Shown here: positions 1-9,379 of the stretch, piece by piece
Layout: the number at the start of each line of letters is the position of its first letter
Numbering within the stretch: position 1 is the first letter of the stretch
Origin: a virus
Taxonomy: Duplodnaviria; Caudoviricetes
Virus record (IMG/VR): IMGVR_UViG_3300037195_000167
Coordinates: 1 to 40,726 of that record
Reading direction: 5' to 3' (one strand)
DNA length: 40,726 bases
Translations under genes and position numbers: made by a program
The notes under the pieces: model-generated
What the model saw: the letters and a program-made list of their open reading frames with translations, nothing else
Told to the model about the DNA's origin: nothing
The model's database searches: none

Positions 1-68
1 CGACTGACGATTTAGTCCTAGCAGGGGCGGCTCAACTGGGAATCAACGAAGCGGCTCCGCTTGGGCGT

Positions 69-1028
69 TTGCATATCACTGACGCCTCGGCTATACCGTA
101 TCTGATCCTTGAAGGTGCGAACAACTCAGACAGCGTTTACGGTGATATTTATCTGACAGAAAATCTCGATAATGGAATTACTAACAGCTATGGGTTCCAT
201 GAGCGATACATCGGAAACTCTAATATGTTTCAGATTGTAGACCACGTTGTGAACACGCAAACGGTTCGACTTCAGATACAGCGCGGAACTGGGCAGACCC
301 TCATAAATGACACGGCAAACGGTGACTCGACCTATGGCCTTACGATCAATCAAGGAGCCGCAGACGACCATATCTTGGCTTTCAAGAATAGCGACGTTGC
401 TCACCCTTTCACTGGTAACTTCGAAGCCGATACATACGGCTTTATGAAGAAGGTTGTCAATGCTTCTGGTGGAATGAATATCTCGGGTGCTACGGAGCTT
501 GGATATTTCGGGATAAACCTTAGAGGCTACGCCGGAGCCGCACCGAATGAGACTCATACGGCAAGTGGGTTAGCAATAGTTCACGTTGATGCGTTCATGA
601 CGGATGGAAGCACCGGAACCACCGCACCATCAGGAGACGATAATCTTTTCGCTGTAACAACTCTTGGATCAGCGGCAAAATTTATTGTGGATGCCACGGG
701 GGACATCTGGTACGACGGAGCCTCAACCGCTTATGATAACGAGGATGACATCGGGCTTTTGCGAGCGATTCAGAAAGCGGTAGCACCAGATCAAGTGATT
801 GCTCAGGAATGGGATTCATTCCTAACATCAAATGAAGACGACCTCGTGAAACTGGGAATCCTTGGGGGTAGAAGACAGGGAGTACCTGATGAGGATCGTG
901 GTCTGGTATGTTTGACGAAACTAAGCCAACTCCTCACAGGAGGGGTAATGCAACTGTACGGTCAAGTCATGGAACGAGATAAGAGAATCGAAGCATTAGA
1001 GAATCGAATGCTAGCGTTGGGAGGCTGA
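69..1028 (+). CDS. C-terminal part (5'-truncated by the window edge) of the long fibre protein, variant A
   Basis: Homologous to the C-terminus of 36444-39533. Ends in a coiled coil (QLYGQVMERDKRIEALENRM) typical of fibre intramolecular-chaperone tails. Confidence 0.85.
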   Translation: MHITDASAIPYLILEGANNSDSVYGDIYLTENLDNGITNSYGFHERYIGNSNMFQIVDHVVNTQTVRLQIQRGTGQTLINDTANGDSTYGLTINQGAADDHILAFKNSDVAHPFTGNFEADTYGFMKKVVNASGGMNISGATELGYFGINLRGYAGAAPNETHTASGLAIVHVDAFMTDGSTGTTAPSGDDNLFAVTTLGSAAKFIVDATGDIWYDGASTAYDNEDDIGLLRAIQKAVAPDQVIAQEWDSFLTSNEDDLVKLGILGGRRQGVPDEDRGLVCLTKLSQLLTGGVMQLYGQVMERDKRIEALENRMLALGG

Positions 1029-1029
1029 A

Positions 1030-1275
1030 ATGGCAGACAAGATATTATCTATAACGGACGGTACGATAACCAAACGAGTCACGCTAGATGACGATGCGTG
1101 GGATGACATGGTTCGACTGTATGCACGGTGGGGGAATACCCTTGCTGATACCGAAGCTGAATTGACTTTCACGGTGGAGAAACTCAACCGAGAGATAATC
1201 ACTTTCGCTAACAAATACAAGGAAATCACGGGCGGAACTGGGGCAACGAAATATACAGCAGGGAGCGTTAGCTAG
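1030..1275 (+). CDS. Small virion-associated hypothetical protein
   Basis: RBS GGAGG. The copy at 39535 is near identical, with mostly synonymous changes. Confidence 0.85.
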   Translation: MADKILSITDGTITKRVTLDDDAWDDMVRLYARWGNTLADTEAELTFTVEKLNREIITFANKYKEITGGTGATKYTAGSVS

Positions 1276-1527
1276 ATGGATGACATCAAATTACCCGAAA
1301 GAGCAATCGAAACGATACGGAAATTATTCTATGAAAGACAAGTCGTAGAATCTAAGATTACTAATTATCTTCAAGGACTGATAGACAGCTATGGTCTTGA
1401 GGGGGACAATTGGTCACTCGATACGAATGAGATGGTTTTTCGACAATTAGAAGAATCCCCCAATGGAGTTGTGAAAGATGCCGTGGGAACAATTACAGGC
1501 GATTCTGAAGGAAAATCGTACGGTTAG
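1276..1527 (+). CDS. Hypothetical protein (possible fibre chaperone)
   Basis: Directly abuts the upstream stop codon. Frame is conserved in the copy at 39781. Confidence 0.8.
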   Translation: MDDIKLPERAIETIRKLFYERQVVESKITNYLQGLIDSYGLEGDNWSLDTNEMVFRQLEESPNGVVKDAVGTITGDSEGKSYG

Positions 1528-1654
1528 ATCAATCGAAGATAGGGAACCACCTGTTGCCTGTCCGATTGATGGAGCTATTCTGGATATTCACCCAAGGGGA
1601 AATAGAAACTGCCCTATGGGAAATTACCAATGGACGGGCGGTCGCCGTAACTGA
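1478..1654 (+). CDS. 58-aa Cys-containing protein missed by the ORF track (MPWEQLQAILKENRTVRSIEDREPPVACPIDGAILDIHPRGNRNCPMGNYQWTGGRRN)
   Basis: GGAG lies upstream. The copy at 39986-40162 keeps the frame with many synonymous substitutions, including at both Cys codons or their neighbours. Confidence 0.85.
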   Translation: MPWEQLQAILKENRTVRSIEDREPPVACPIDGAILDIHPRGNRNCPMGNYQWTGGRRN

Positions 1655-1686
1655 ATAAAGCCTGATCCATAGAAAGCATTGGAACG

Positions 1687-2763
1687 ATGGCGAATTGGTA
1701 CGTATCGCGTGAGCGATTCAAAAATGCCGCATCTATTAGCGGCGGTCAATATAACGACGCAATAGATCGAGTTATCGAAGCATCCTCTCGGGATGTTGAC
1801 CGGTGGACTAGACGTCATTACATCCCCAAAACTCAAACGAGGCTTTATCGGTATCCTCAGATACGACAAGGGCTCGCAACGGTTATCTGGCTAGATCAGG
1901 ATTTGATTTCCGTATCTACGCTTCAAACCAAGGCTCAAAACACATCACCTACCACGATATCATCGTCGGATTATTTTTTGGAGCCTGTAAACCCAGAACC
2001 AGACGGTAACTCCCGATATAATCGCATTGAGATTGATGAAAGTTCGACTGCCGCTTTTGAGGCAGGAGATACTCCACAACGTTCTATCAGTGTTGCAGGT
2101 TCGTGGGGTTGGGGTAATGCAACCAAATCTTCGGGGTCAATAGATGACAGTGGTGGTATTTCATCGTCGGACACTACACTGATTGTATCTGATGCCTCTC
2201 TGATCGACGTAGGGGATACTCTGTTGATAGATTCGGAACAAGTGTTTGTCAGCGATCGAGACTTTGCCGCAAGGGCAAGCATTCTTCTCAACATGGGGTC
2301 TAATCTAGCGGCAACCAATGCTACAACAACCGTCACTATAGATGGGTCGCATGGCATTGTTGCAGGGGAAGTCATCCGCATTGATTCTGAGCAGATGTAC
2401 GTAGTATCAGTTTCCACAAATGACCTGACAGTAATCAGGGCATTTGATGGAAGTGTTCTTGCATCGCACAATGATGACGCGGCTATCCATGTAAATCGTA
2501 CCTTGACGATTGAGCGAGGCATGAATGGCACGACGGCCGCCTCGCATTCCGACAGCGCTACGATTACCAAGTATCAGCCTGATGCTGATATTGTGCGATG
2601 GACACTCGCGGAAGCTATAGCTACTTGGCATCAGGAACACTCTGGTTGGGGTCGGTCAATAGGCGGAGGAGATGCCGCTACGGAACTCACAGGCCGCGAG
2701 ATTACGCAATTGCGGCAGTCAATGGTGTCATACTACCGACGTGCAAGAGAGGCGGTGATCTAG
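1687..2763 (+). CDS. Head-tail adaptor/connector with inserted beta-domains
   Basis: N-terminus IDRVIEASSRDVDRWTRR is typical of adaptors. Position precedes the neck and tail genes. Confidence 0.7.
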   Translation: MANWYVSRERFKNAASISGGQYNDAIDRVIEASSRDVDRWTRRHYIPKTQTRLYRYPQIRQGLATVIWLDQDLISVSTLQTKAQNTSPTTISSSDYFLEPVNPEPDGNSRYNRIEIDESSTAAFEAGDTPQRSISVAGSWGWGNATKSSGSIDDSGGISSSDTTLIVSDASLIDVGDTLLIDSEQVFVSDRDFAARASILLNMGSNLAATNATTTVTIDGSHGIVAGEVIRIDSEQMYVVSVSTNDLTVIRAFDGSVLASHNDDAAIHVNRTLTIERGMNGTTAASHSDSATITKYQPDADIVRWTLAEAIATWHQEHSGWGRSIGGGDAATELTGREITQLRQSMVSYYRRAREAVI

Positions 2764-3185
2764 TGGCAATAGGAATAGAAGTCGTTCAAACGGGAGAATT
2801 GTTCGAACGTCCTAAGAAAATCACAGATCAAGTGTTCGCAAAATTTATACAGAGACTAGTGGAACTTGGCGAACAACGACTTGACGAAACGCTAAGACCT
2901 CGCCCTAATGGTGTCTACCTTAGTACCGCAGAAGCGCAGAAGGGCAGGGCAAGTACGGGTAATTATAGAAGAAACGTGCATAGCGTCATCAAGGGACTAA
3001 ACGCAAAAATCACCGACGGCGGAGTCATCTACGGGCCTTGGCTAGAAGGAACGGGTAGTAGAAACGAAACCACCCAATTCAAAGGTTACGCTAGTTTCCG
3101 GAAAACCGAGGTATGGTTGAACGAACAGGCGAAAACAGAAGCTCAGAAATTTACTAATGAATACGTAAAGAGACTAAACGCATAA
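2763..3185 (+). CDS. Neck/tail-completion protein (HK97 gp10-like)
   Basis: GTG start overlaps the upstream stop. STGNYRRNV and YGPWLEGTG motifs; position. Confidence 0.7.
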   Translation: MAIGIEVVQTGELFERPKKITDQVFAKFIQRLVELGEQRLDETLRPRPNGVYLSTAEAQKGRASTGNYRRNVHSVIKGLNAKITDGGVIYGPWLEGTGSRNETTQFKGYASFRKTEVWLNEQAKTEAQKFTNEYVKRLNA

Positions 3186-3658
3186 TGGCTTTTGATATAA
3201 CAAATACGCTTCACGCTATGGAAACCTATGTGCAGAATCTTGGCTTGTTCCAGACGGTTCAAATCGGGGAACCTAAGCAACCGTTAGGACAAGGCTTCCA
3301 TGCGGCTATTTTTATGAACTCTGTCTCAATATCCATGGTATACGCAGGTGGGGATACACGGGAGAATCATCTTGTTACGTTACGAGTCTACCGAGATATG
3401 TTGGCGGAACAATCCGATCCTCAGCTAAATTTAGAATCAGAAATAGCGGTTCTTTTATCTAAGCTAATGGAAAATATATTAGGTGACACTGATCTGGAAT
3501 CTACGATTATGTCGATTGATGCGGCAGGGATGGACGGCTCAAGTATGTCAGCTACGTTTGGGTATGTTGACGTTGGTGGTTCTATGTATAGGGTCGCAGA
3601 TATATCTATCCCTATGATCGTCAACGGTTCCGCAACACTATCAGGTACAGGAGTTTAG
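3185..3658 (+). CDS. Tail terminator-like protein
   Basis: Size and position before the tail tube genes; TAATG coupling. Confidence 0.6.
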   Translation: MAFDITNTLHAMETYVQNLGLFQTVQIGEPKQPLGQGFHAAIFMNSVSISMVYAGGDTRENHLVTLRVYRDMLAEQSDPQLNLESEIAVLLSKLMENILGDTDLESTIMSIDAAGMDGSSMSATFGYVDVGGSMYRVADISIPMIVNGSATLSGTGV

Positions 3659-3659
3659 T

Positions 3660-4394
3660 ATGGCAAAACAAACAGGGTTAGGGGACGCATTTTACATAGA
3701 CGGGCACGATTTATCTGGAGACGTTACTTCTGTAGACACGATCGCCACACGCAAGGCTGTGCTAGATACGCCGGTGTTGAATCAATCCGGCATGGTAAGA
3801 CTAGCAGGCATGGGTGACGGCGAAATCTCATTCACAAGTTGGTTTGACGATGGAACAAATCTTGCTCACGATGCACTATCAGGATTACCAACCACCGATG
3901 TCACTACTATGTATTGTCGTGGGACTGCCGCTGATAGCCCTACTGCTATGCTTGTGGCTAAACAAATAAATTACGATTATACGAGAGGCACTGACAAAAG
4001 CCTTAGCGCTGTTGTTCAGTGTTTAGGGAATGGGAACGGAATAGAATGGGGGGTTTTGTTTGCGGCCGAGGCTACGCAATCAAGCGCAGGAAGCACGTCG
4101 TCAAAAGACGATGGTGCAAGTACGTCTAATGGTCTTGCGGCTGTGCTACAGATTATTGATATCAACAGTGGAACTCCCACGTTCAAGATAGAGGATAGCC
4201 CAAACGATTCTGATTGGACAGACTTGGTGAGCTTTTCGGCTGTTGCTAATGGCAACGAGCCTGCGGCCGAACGGGTAACGGTAACGGGTACAGTGAACCG
4301 TTACCTGCGTATCACGTCGACCGGTACGTTTTCAAATGCGAAATTCATCGTAGCTTATCGGCGAGGGGAATCAGAAGATGACACCGCATACTAA
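3660..4394 (+). CDS. Tail tube-like protein with C-terminal beta-sandwich
   Basis: N-terminal DLSGDVTSV tube-like motif; C-terminal TVNRYLRI decoration-type domain; RBS AGGAG. Confidence 0.6.
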   Translation: MAKQTGLGDAFYIDGHDLSGDVTSVDTIATRKAVLDTPVLNQSGMVRLAGMGDGEISFTSWFDDGTNLAHDALSGLPTTDVTTMYCRGTAADSPTAMLVAKQINYDYTRGTDKSLSAVVQCLGNGNGIEWGVLFAAEATQSSAGSTSSKDDGASTSNGLAAVLQIIDINSGTPTFKIEDSPNDSDWTDLVSFSAVANGNEPAAERVTVTGTVNRYLRITSTGTFSNAKFIVAYRRGESEDDTAY

Positions 4395-4761
4395 CACCTA
4401 CCAGATATCGTGGAACAGAGACACTCATTTTAGGGTCGCAACTTGCGACGAGGTAGATTGCCCCCACTTTATCAATGGTTGGGTGACTAGGGTGGTTATA
4501 GGTAGCCCACAAGATCATTACATAAAGCAAGACACAAGTAGGAAATCAATAGGGGTTAAGATTGATGATGCTACAATCGAGTATTACTACGAATCCGGAC
4601 AGAAATGTTTTCGGCAACACCAGACGAAAGTCGAAAGGGCTCCATTCCTGACGATAGATCAAGTTGGGAAGGAATCAGGAAGGCTTATCCGCAACAACAT
4701 AGACTTCGACGAATGGACAGACAGGTTCAACGAACAATCTTATAGAGCCACAAGGAGGTAA
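4378..4761 (+). CDS. Conserved phage hypothetical protein (ATCDEVDC, GQKCF..H motifs)
   Basis: Overlaps both neighbours in the tail operon. Confidence 0.7.
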   Translation: MTPHTNTYQISWNRDTHFRVATCDEVDCPHFINGWVTRVVIGSPQDHYIKQDTSRKSIGVKIDDATIEYYYESGQKCFRQHQTKVERAPFLTIDQVGKESGRLIRNNIDFDEWTDRFNEQSYRATRR

Positions 4762-5165
4762 TGATGGCAAAAGAAGCACCAACGATAGCAGTAGCTATAG
4801 ATGACTCAGGCGGAAGCGCTCGCACCATATCAAACGACATCACTAATTTGGATTGGTCAATTCCTAGGGCAGTTCAAGATGTGACAGGCGTAGATAAAAG
4901 TGCGATTGAAAGACTTCTTCTGTTAGCTGATTTCAGCATAACAGTCAACGGCGTATTCAACGACGCATCAAACATGTCCCACGATGTTTTCAAGACCGTA
5001 GGGAGTGCCTCTGTGGCTCGTACGGTAACACTGACGACTAGTGGCAAATCCCTTCCGAATGAGACATTCTTCACGGATTATCCACTAAGCAGAGGTACAG
5101 ATGGATCGCTGACATTTTCCGCTCCCGGAGTATTGTCCGACGGAACAGTACCAACTTGGGCCTAA
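4761..5165 (+). CDS. Major tail (tube) protein
   Basis: ISNDIT...QDVTGVDKSAIERLLLLADFSITVNGVFN; lies immediately before the chaperone; RBS AAGGAGGT. Confidence 0.7.
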   Translation: MMAKEAPTIAVAIDDSGGSARTISNDITNLDWSIPRAVQDVTGVDKSAIERLLLLADFSITVNGVFNDASNMSHDVFKTVGSASVARTVTLTTSGKSLPNETFFTDYPLSRGTDGSLTFSAPGVLSDGTVPTWA

Positions 5166-5184
5166 ATATAGATTGGAGACAAAT

Positions 5185-5526
5185 ATGCTGACACAAAAAC
5201 CAACAGGCTTCAAGATTCCTAAGCGCACGGCGCGGCTAGTGTTTGAAGGTGAATACGAAGGCGCAGAAGTCGTCGTGCGCTTGGATGTGCCTGTAAGGGC
5301 ATTTCTTGAAATCCAAGAATTAGTAAACGCGGAACAACATCTGAAAGTTTTCGGTATATTCGCGGAAATGGTTCTGGATTCTTGGAATATTATCGGGGAT
5401 GACGGGAAGCCTATGCCTGCCGATATCAAGGGAATGAACGCAATTCCTATAGACTTGGCAAACTCTATTCTAACGGAATGGGCGGAGGTAGCCGCAGGCG
5501 TAGATATCCCTTTAGAGAACAACTAG
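5185..5526 (+). CDS. Tail assembly chaperone (gpG-like)
   Basis: RBS GGAG before ATG 5185. Lies between the tube and tape measure genes, with a slippery site at its 3' end. Confidence 0.8.
   Translation: MLTQKPTGFKIPKRTARLVFEGEYEGAEVVVRLDVPVRAFLEIQELVNAEQHLKVFGIFAEMVLDSWNIIGDDGKPMPADIKGMNAIPIDLANSILTEWAEVAAGVDIPLENN
5508..5514 (+). other. Programmed -1 frameshift slippery heptamer C CCT TTA
   Basis: X XXY YYZ in the correct phase (ATC CCT TTA). The -1 frame is open to 5771. Confidence 0.85.
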
Positions 5527-5771
5527 AACGGTGGAAGATGGTTGGCGGTGGAATTGATCGCGATGGGAATATTATCGGAGAACCATGGCAATTACAGAAG
5601 GCACGGCTGATAGACGGTCTTTGCCAGAGATACGGATGTTTGCCATCTCAGCTATTAGAAGAAGATACCGATATTCTTCTGAAAATGCAAACGATTCTTT
5701 CCTTGTCAGGAGATAACGAAAAGCAGTCCGATATGGAATCAAGTCTGGCGAATATGTCGCAAGGAATGTAA
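5511..5771 (+). CDS. Frameshifted extension of the tail chaperone (gpT-like)
   Basis: LCQRYGCLPSQLLEED motif; reached by -1 slip; stop overlaps the tape measure start. Confidence 0.75.
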   Translation, partial: FREQLERWKMVGGGIDRDGNIIGEPWQLQKARLIDGLCQRYGCLPSQLLEEDTDILLKMQTILSLSGDNEKQSDMESSLANMSQGM

Positions 5772-7387
5772 TGCCTAACGAGATAAAAGTAACTGTAAAC
5801 GCTGATACCAGTAAAGCGAAATCAAAACTACAAAACTTTTCCGATCAGGCTAGGAAAGTAGGACTAGCCTTTACTGCGATGGGGGCCGCCGGAACTCTTG
5901 CAATCAAAGGGTTCGTCAATGCGTCCATGGTGCAAGAACAAGCCGTAGCTACTTTAGGGGCGGCGGTGGAAAACACTGGAGTCAGTTTCGATAGCGTAAA
6001 GCAGAAAGTTATGGATACGACTGCGGCATTACAGGCTAAAACCAACTTCGGAGATGAGGAACAAATAAAGGCTTTAGCTACCATGGTCACCATTATTGGT
6101 GACGTGGATAAGGCTTTAGAAGCCCTTCCTACGGTTCTTGATGCGGCATCAGTTTCGGGTTTGGGTATGGGTTCTGTGGCTAAAAGCGCATCTAAAGCCC
6201 TTTCCGGTTTGGTGCAAAACTCGGATTCTCTTGGAATCGTGTTCGATAAAAATGCAACCTTTGCAGAGCGCTTGGCGATCATGCAAGGAAAGGCAGGTGG
6301 GGCGGCGGAAGCGAACGTCAATCAATTTACTCAACTGAACAATGCAATGGGCGATCTAAATGAGACTATTGGGAAATCATTACTTCCGGCACTAATGCCG
6401 CTAGTAGAATTTCTCACCTCTGTCGTAGTCAAACTTCAAACAATGAATCCTACGATGCTGAAAGTCGTAACCACAATCGGGCTAATGGCTACAGGATTCA
6501 TGGTAGTAACAGGCCCTATTTTGTTGTTGCTTTCTTTGATCCCATCAATAACCGCAGGGTTTGCGGCAATAACAGTAGCTTCGGGCGTTCTCATGGGGGT
6601 AACCGGTATCGGGTTGCTTATTGCAGGGGTAGGGGCCTTAGTCTTTGCGTGGAAAAAGAACTTTGGCGGAATACAGGAAAAGACAGAGTTTGTATTTGGG
6701 AAATTGATGGATTTATGGAATGGCCTGAAAACAGCTTTCTTTGATAAATTCGGAGACACGATTGACGATTTAGCTGATAAATGGAGTAGGCTTTGGAATG
6801 GTATCAAGTCGTTTACGTTGAAGATATTCAACGAACTAAGAGGATTCTTTGCTAAGTTTGTCAATTCCATCGTTGATAAGCTCAATGCGCTGATCGGGAT
6901 GTATAACGCAGTCGCGACAAGGCTAGGTTTCGATGCCATACCTACCGTTGAAAAAATGGCGGAATCATTCAAGGAGTTAGTATCTAATACCAAAGACTCT
7001 GTCCAATGGTTTATGCGGCTAGGAACAGAACGCAATAAACTGGCAGGAGGTACGGGGTTCCATCAGTTAGGTACGGGTGACAGTCGTGCCGCTGACGGGG
7101 GATTTATGAGTGGCGCTTCGATTCAGGTCGGTAGAGCGACAAGTGCATCTGCTCAGGAAATGAGTCAACAAATGGCGGCCGGTGTTCTTGGTAGATTTGG
7201 CATCACGGCAGATATGTATTCAAGGATGAGTGTCGCGGAAAGGCGATCAGCCGAGGCGGCACTGACCGATTTCGAACAAGGGGCAGGGAATCTTGTATTT
7301 TTTGATGGGGTTGCCGGATCGGTGGATCAGACAGAAGGGGCAGAGGCGGTCGACGTATCTGCGCTTAGTGCTGAATCTTTTCTTTAG
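5771..7387 (+). CDS. Tape measure protein (short, 538 aa)
   Basis: Ala/Gly-rich helical sequence, central hydrophobic segments, periodic W/F repeats, position. Confidence 0.9.
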   Translation: MPNEIKVTVNADTSKAKSKLQNFSDQARKVGLAFTAMGAAGTLAIKGFVNASMVQEQAVATLGAAVENTGVSFDSVKQKVMDTTAALQAKTNFGDEEQIKALATMVTIIGDVDKALEALPTVLDAASVSGLGMGSVAKSASKALSGLVQNSDSLGIVFDKNATFAERLAIMQGKAGGAAEANVNQFTQLNNAMGDLNETIGKSLLPALMPLVEFLTSVVVKLQTMNPTMLKVVTTIGLMATGFMVVTGPILLLLSLIPSITAGFAAITVASGVLMGVTGIGLLIAGVGALVFAWKKNFGGIQEKTEFVFGKLMDLWNGLKTAFFDKFGDTIDDLADKWSRLWNGIKSFTLKIFNELRGFFAKFVNSIVDKLNALIGMYNAVATRLGFDAIPTVEKMAESFKELVSNTKDSVQWFMRLGTERNKLAGGTGFHQLGTGDSRAADGGFMSGASIQVGRATSASAQEMSQQMAAGVLGRFGITADMYSRMSVAERRSAEAALTDFEQGAGNLVFFDGVAGSVDQTEGAEAVDVSALSAESFL

Positions 7388-7399
7388 AGAGGGATAGTT

Positions 7400-9379
7400 T
7401 TGGCTTGGACGTTACAACTACTAAACGATGACACGACGATAAACCTAAACGACGGTACGAACTACTCTGCCTTGTCGTTATCGGCTCCGGTTCCGGCAAA
7501 ACGTACAGCGGTCGGAGGTAGAAATTTATTCCGACACGGAAGCGATCTCCATGCGAGAGTTTATCAGAATAGGGCTGTTAGTGTAGGCATTCGCATAAAC
7601 GGCACAAACAGGGACAACTTGATCGCCAATATCAACGCGATCAATGGACTGCTAGAACGTGCGTCTGAGTACGTCACAACGGGTGTAGGGTCGCAAGTCA
7701 AACTACGACGTCAATGGGATTCAGCAACCAATACTGTAGACTTTTATGTGATAGATGGAACCCTTAGCATTGGGAATGAGTTTTCCGCAACTAATACAGT
7801 GAACACTGTGATTATCGGAAATCTAACTGTTATGTGCGAACCGTTTGCTTATGGCGCAGAAGAAAGTATCGAGAATTATGTGTCGAATGCAGGATTTGAA
7901 CTAGCAACTGCGCTTGCTGATTGGACGGAATCCAAATCAGCAACGGGTACAACCGCAAAAGATACGTCAGTATTCAAGGATGGAAAAGCTAGCCTGAAAC
8001 TGACAATGACTAATTCAGGGGGATCGGGTCAAGTTATCGAACGGAACCAAGCCTTGGCTGACGTAGACGCAGGAGAAGTGTGGAGTTTCCAGTGTTGGGT
8101 ACGTGTTGATGCGTTGAGCAATTGCAAGGTTGTTATGGAAATCGACTACAACACAGGAACCGACGTAGAAGTTTCTACGACCACAGTCAACGCTTCGGAA
8201 TTTGTGAAACTGACATCTAACAATAACACCGCTCCCGGAAGTGTCACAAGTGCAACGCTAAGGATTCGATTGGAGGCTACTGCCAGTTCAGCAACAGGGG
8301 TAGTCTATGTAGATAACGTAATCGCCGTACAGGCATCTGCCGTGCCTTCCGCTTGGGCATCCTCACACAGCCTCGGCAATCATGCCGATGAGAGTGCCCA
8401 AGCATCTTCAAACCACATCGACATTCATGATGTAGGTGGGGATGTTCCTGCTTTATTACAGATAAAGGTAGCCGAAGGTCAATCGCACGATGAACTTTGG
8501 GCAGGGGCAAGACACGCAGGGCGTCAATACGACTCTTTGCTTTTGGAAGGTGAAGATGGTACAGCTTCCACGATAGCTCATTCTACGATCCAAGTGGCAG
8601 AAACAAATACCACAGCGAGTAATTCCGCTTACAGTGGCGGCAGTTTGAGGATTTCTCAATTGGCGGTTGCCGCGGCAAGCCCAAGCGTTGCCGCAGATGT
8701 CAACCACCTACACTCATTCACTATAGCAACCCCTCCTCGTGGTACGTTCAGGGTTTTGATGGCAGGAGCCGCAAAGAATGGGGCAGGTGATTCGTCCACG
8801 ACATCAATAGATGCCTCAGATTTCAAGTGGGGATTGTCTTATACATACGGCGGATTCACGTTACTAGATGACACGAGCCCAGATACCACTTCATTCGTTG
8901 CACTCACAGCGGCGACACTCGCGGAGAATGTGACAAGCAATTTCGAAATCCTAGACTTAGGAACGATCACAATACCACCTGTGTCGTCACCAGACAACCA
9001 GACCGAAGCTAGTTTAGTCTTGAAGATATTCAACCATTGGGCGACAACAAGAACGATGCAGGATGGGCAAGAGTGGCAATGGTGGACTGACTTCGTATTT
9101 CTCATGCCGATAGATTTCGGGTCTAATTATGTCAGCAAAACCGACGCCGCTGACGTGGTTTTGATTGACAGTATGAGTTCCCCAAAAGGTTTGTATCTTT
9201 TGAACACATCAGACGTAGTTCAATCATTCCCGAATAACCAACTAGGACGTAGCCCAGAAGCTCATCCGGATGGTACTAGGGTGTATTTCTTGGCGCAAGA
9301 TGGAAACTACACCCAAGCTGATACTTTCACCGTGTCGATAAGATACCGGCCAAGATATCTACATGTCATGGGGGCATAA
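7400..9379 (+). CDS. Distal tail protein (evolved Dit) with inserted carbohydrate-binding-like module
   Basis: Follows the tape measure. LTVMCEPFAYG and C-terminal IRYRPRY are Dit-like. Internal NAGFE...VYVDNV segment is CBM-like. Confidence 0.7.
   Translation: MAWTLQLLNDDTTINLNDGTNYSALSLSAPVPAKRTAVGGRNLFRHGSDLHARVYQNRAVSVGIRINGTNRDNLIANINAINGLLERASEYVTTGVGSQVKLRRQWDSATNTVDFYVIDGTLSIGNEFSATNTVNTVIIGNLTVMCEPFAYGAEESIENYVSNAGFELATALADWTESKSATGTTAKDTSVFKDGKASLKLTMTNSGGSGQVIERNQALADVDAGEVWSFQCWVRVDALSNCKVVMEIDYNTGTDVEVSTTTVNASEFVKLTSNNNTAPGSVTSATLRIRLEATASSATGVVYVDNVIAVQASAVPSAWASSHSLGNHADESAQASSNHIDIHDVGGDVPALLQIKVAEGQSHDELWAGARHAGRQYDSLLLEGEDGTASTIAHSTIQVAETNTTASNSAYSGGSLRISQLAVAAASPSVAADVNHLHSFTIATPPRGTFRVLMAGAAKNGAGDSSTTSIDASDFKWGLSYTYGGFTLLDDTSPDTTSFVALTAATLAENVTSNFEILDLGTITIPPVSSPDNQTEASLVLKIFNHWATTRTMQDGQEWQWWTDFVFLMPIDFGSNYVSKTDAADVVLIDSMSSPKGLYLLNTSDVVQSFPNNQLGRSPEAHPDGTRVYFLAQDGNYTQADTFTVSIRYRPRYLHVMGA

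Larger units (their letters stand above)
1..2218 (+). repeat. Terminal repeat copy A (diverged homolog of 38506-40726)
   Basis: cgactgacgatttagtcctagc... occurs at 1 and 38506. ORFs are offset by 38505, then by 38508 after a 3-nt indel in the 83/84-aa gene. Confidence 0.97.

Noticed and set aside
1-2218. Diversity-generating retroelement (TR/VR pair) explaining the two fibre alleles
   Set aside because: No reverse transcriptase is present, differences are not adenine-specific and are largely synonymous, and the repeat spans several whole genes.
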